Below are positions 51,304 through 53,637 of a stretch of 53,637 bases of DNA, piece after piece. The stretch lies in the NCBI RefSeq assembly GCF_004010195.1, contig NC_057719.1, positions 8,357,788-8,411,424 on the forward strand. Reading direction: 5' to 3'. This DNA comes from Chiloscyllium plagiosum (lineage: Eukaryota). Every line of letters starts with the position of its first letter. The stretch's first letter is position 1. The notes under the pieces were generated by a model. It was not told where the DNA came from, made no database searches, and saw only the letters and a list, made by a program, of their open reading frames with translations. The translations under genes were made by a program, and so were the position numbers.

Positions 51304-52178
51304 NNNNNNNNNNNNNNNNNNNNNNNNNNNNNNNNNNNNNNNNNNNNNNNNNNNNNNNNNNNNNNNNNNNNNNNNNNNNNNNNNNNNNNNNNNNNNNNNN
51401 NNNNNNNNNNNNNNNNNNNNNNNNNNNNNNNNNNNNNNNNNNNNNNNNNNNNNNNNNNNNNNNNNNNNNNNNNNNNNNNNNNNNNNNNNNNNNNNNNNNN
51501 NNNNNNNNNNNNNNNNNNNNNNNNNNNNNNNNNNNNNNNNNNNNNNNNNNNNNNNNNNNNNNNNNNNNNNNNNNNNNNNNNNNNNNNNNNNNNNNNNNNN
51601 NNNNNNNNNNNNNNNNNNNNNNNNNNNNNNNNNNNNNNNNNNNNNNNNNNNNNNNNNNNNNNNNNNNNNNNNNNNNNNNNNNNNNNNNNNNNNNNNNNNN
51701 NNNNNNNNNNNNNNNNNNNNNNNNNNNNNNNNNNNNNNNNNNNNNNNNNNNNNNNNNNNNNNNNNNNNNNNNNNNNNNNNNNNNNNNNNNNNNNNNNNNN
51801 NNNNNNNNNNNNNNNNNNNNNNNNNNNNNNNNNNNNNNNNNNNNNNNNNNNNNNNNNNNNNNNNNNNNNNNNNNNNNNNNNNNNNNNNNNNNNNNNNNNN
51901 NNNNNNNNNNNNNNNNNNNNNNNNNNNNNNNNNNNNNNNNNNNNNNNNNNNNNNNNNNNNNNNNNNNNNNNNNNNNNNNNNNNNNNNNNNNNNNNNNNNN
52001 NNNNNNNNNNNNNNNNNNNNNNNNNNNNNNNNNNNNNNNNNNNNNNNNNNNNNNNNNNNNNNNNNNNNNNNNNNNNNNNNNNNNNNNNNNNNNNNNNNNN
52101 NNNNNNNNNNNNNNNNNNNNNNNNNNNNNNNNNNNNNNNNNNNNNNNNNNNNNNNNNNNNNNNNNNNNNNNNNNNNNN
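51304..52178. other. Assembly gap
   Basis: Run of N inside the Penelope copy. Confidence 1.
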
Positions 52179-52412
52179 TGGGGTGGGGGCGGAGAGGTTG
52201 GGAAGAAGATTGCAGGTTAGGAAGGCGGTGCTGAATTTGAATTCAGCACCGCCTTCCTAACCTGCAATCTTCTTCCCGACCTCTCCTCCCCCACCCCAGT
52301 CTGACCTATCACCCTCACCTTGACCTCTTTCCACCTATCACATTTCCGACGCCCCTCCCCCAAGTCCCTCCTCCCTATCTTTTATCTTAGCCTGCTGGAC
52401 CAACTTTCCTCA

Positions 52413-52446
52413 TTCCTGAAGAAGGGCTAATGCCCGAAACGTCGAT
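52413..52446 (+). ncRNA. Minimal type-I hammerhead ribozyme motif (intact core)
   Basis: TC-CTGAAGA-A-GGGC-TAAT-GCCC-GAAA-CGTC-GA. Confidence 0.78.
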
Positions 52447-52933
52447 TCTCCTGTTCCCTAGATGCTGCCTGACCTGCTGCGCTTTTCCAGCAACACATTT
52501 CCATCTCTGATCTCCAGCATCTGCAGACCTCACTTTCTCCTTATGGTCTTATGGTCTTATGATGGGACTGGACAGGCTTGTTGAGTGTTCCCGATGTAGG
52601 GAAGTCCAGAACTTGCAGTCACAGTCTAAGAATAAGGGGATAAACCATTGAGGAGTGAGCTGAGGAAGAATTTCTTCACTCCACAAGTCGTGAACCTGTG
52701 GAATTCTCTCCCACAGAAAGCTGTTGGGGCGAGTTTGTTAGATATGTTTAAAAGGGAATTGGACGTGGCCCTTGTGGCTAAAGATCAGTTAGGAAGAATG
52801 GACAATAATTGCTGGCCCAGCCATCCACATACTATGTATGAATAAACAAAAATGTCTCTCTATTCAGGGGTAGGCTATCTTCCATGATGTTCTGGTCAAT
52901 ATTCATCCCACACTAAGCAACCAAAACTGCAGA

Positions 52934-53164
52934 GACCAAAAAAATCTGCAGATGCTGGAATTCAAAGTAAACAAACAGGAAGCTTGAAGAACACAGTAAG
53001 CCCAGGGTCATCAGGAGGTGGAGGTGGTTTCAGGTATAACCCTTCTCCAGGACTCAGAGAGCTTGAGTCCTGAAGAAGGGTTAATATCCAAAACATTGAC
53101 TTCTCCACCTCCTGCTGCTGCCTGGCTTGCTGTGTTCTTCCAGCCTCCTGCTTGTCTATCACTA
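52934..53164. mobile_element. Family B fold-back element, decayed hammerheads
   Basis: TSD AAAACTGCAGA (52923-52933 / 53165-53175); centre CAGGACTCA..TGAGTCCTG. Confidence 0.82.
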
Positions 53165-53299
53165 AAAACTGCAGACTGCTCATTATCAATTGTTGTTTGA
53201 GCGAAAGCTGGAATGGGATACTAAGTTGGATGATCAGCCATGATCATATCGAATGGTGGTGCAGGTTTGAATGGCTAATGGCCTACTCTGCACCTATTT

Positions 53300-53637
53300 C
53301 CTAGAACAATACAGCACAGAACAGGTCCTTCGGCCCACGATGTTGTGCCGAACATTTGTCCTAGCTTAAGCACCCATCCATGTACCTATCCAATTGCCGC
53401 TTAAAGGTTACCAATGATTCTGACTCTGCCACTCCCACAGGAAGCGTATTCCATGCCCCCACCACTCTCTGGGTAAAGAACCTACCCCTGACATCCCCCC
53501 CATACCTTCCACCCTTCACCTTAAATTTATGTCCCCTTGTAACACTCTGTTGTACCCGGGGAAAAAGTTTCTGACTGTCTACTCTATCTATACCTCTGAT
53601 CATCTTATAAACCTCTAGCAAGTCACCCCTCATCCTT
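53300..53637 (-). mobile_element. CR1 3' end running off the window
   Basis: ORF 53361-53633 MRGDLLEVYKMIRG..FFTQRVVGAWNTLP. Confidence 0.92.

Larger units (their letters stand above)
51150..52540 (+). mobile_element. Family A (Neptune-type) Penelope copy across a gap, inserted in a CR1 (TCTTATGG)n tail
   Basis: RT [34 protein letters not shown]; terminus ends CTCACTTTCTCC; CTTATGGTCTTATG on both flanks. Continuity across the gap is assumed. Confidence 0.82.

Overview
Vertebrate, repeat-saturated non-coding DNA. The repeat set (HE1-like V-SINEs, DeuSINE/SacSINE-like SINEs, CR1 LINEs with an esterase ORF1, Rex-Babar and Tx1 LINE ends, Neptune- and Poseidon-type Penelope-like elements) points to a cartilaginous fish, probably a shark; this is inference. 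No host protein-coding gene is confidently recognisable. Almost all listed ORFs are TE remnants, antisense frames, microsatellite read-throughs or N-gap artefacts. The main signal is a dense set of minimal type-I hammerhead ribozyme motifs (stem I - CUGAnGA - stem II - GAAA - palindromic ACGU/AGCU - cleavage site - stem I). They belong to at least five Penelope-related families. Many sit in 130-400 bp fold-back elements flanked by 10-14 bp target-site duplications, so these elements appear to move as units. A local duplication of at least 0.6 kb starts just downstream of a hammerhead cleavage site, lies between inverted Penelope arms and carries an expanded 48-49 bp minisatellite. A four-level nested CR1 stack occupies 32.6-40.4 kb. 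Three assembly gaps are present. Repeat boundaries were read by eye and are approximate unless a TSD is quoted.
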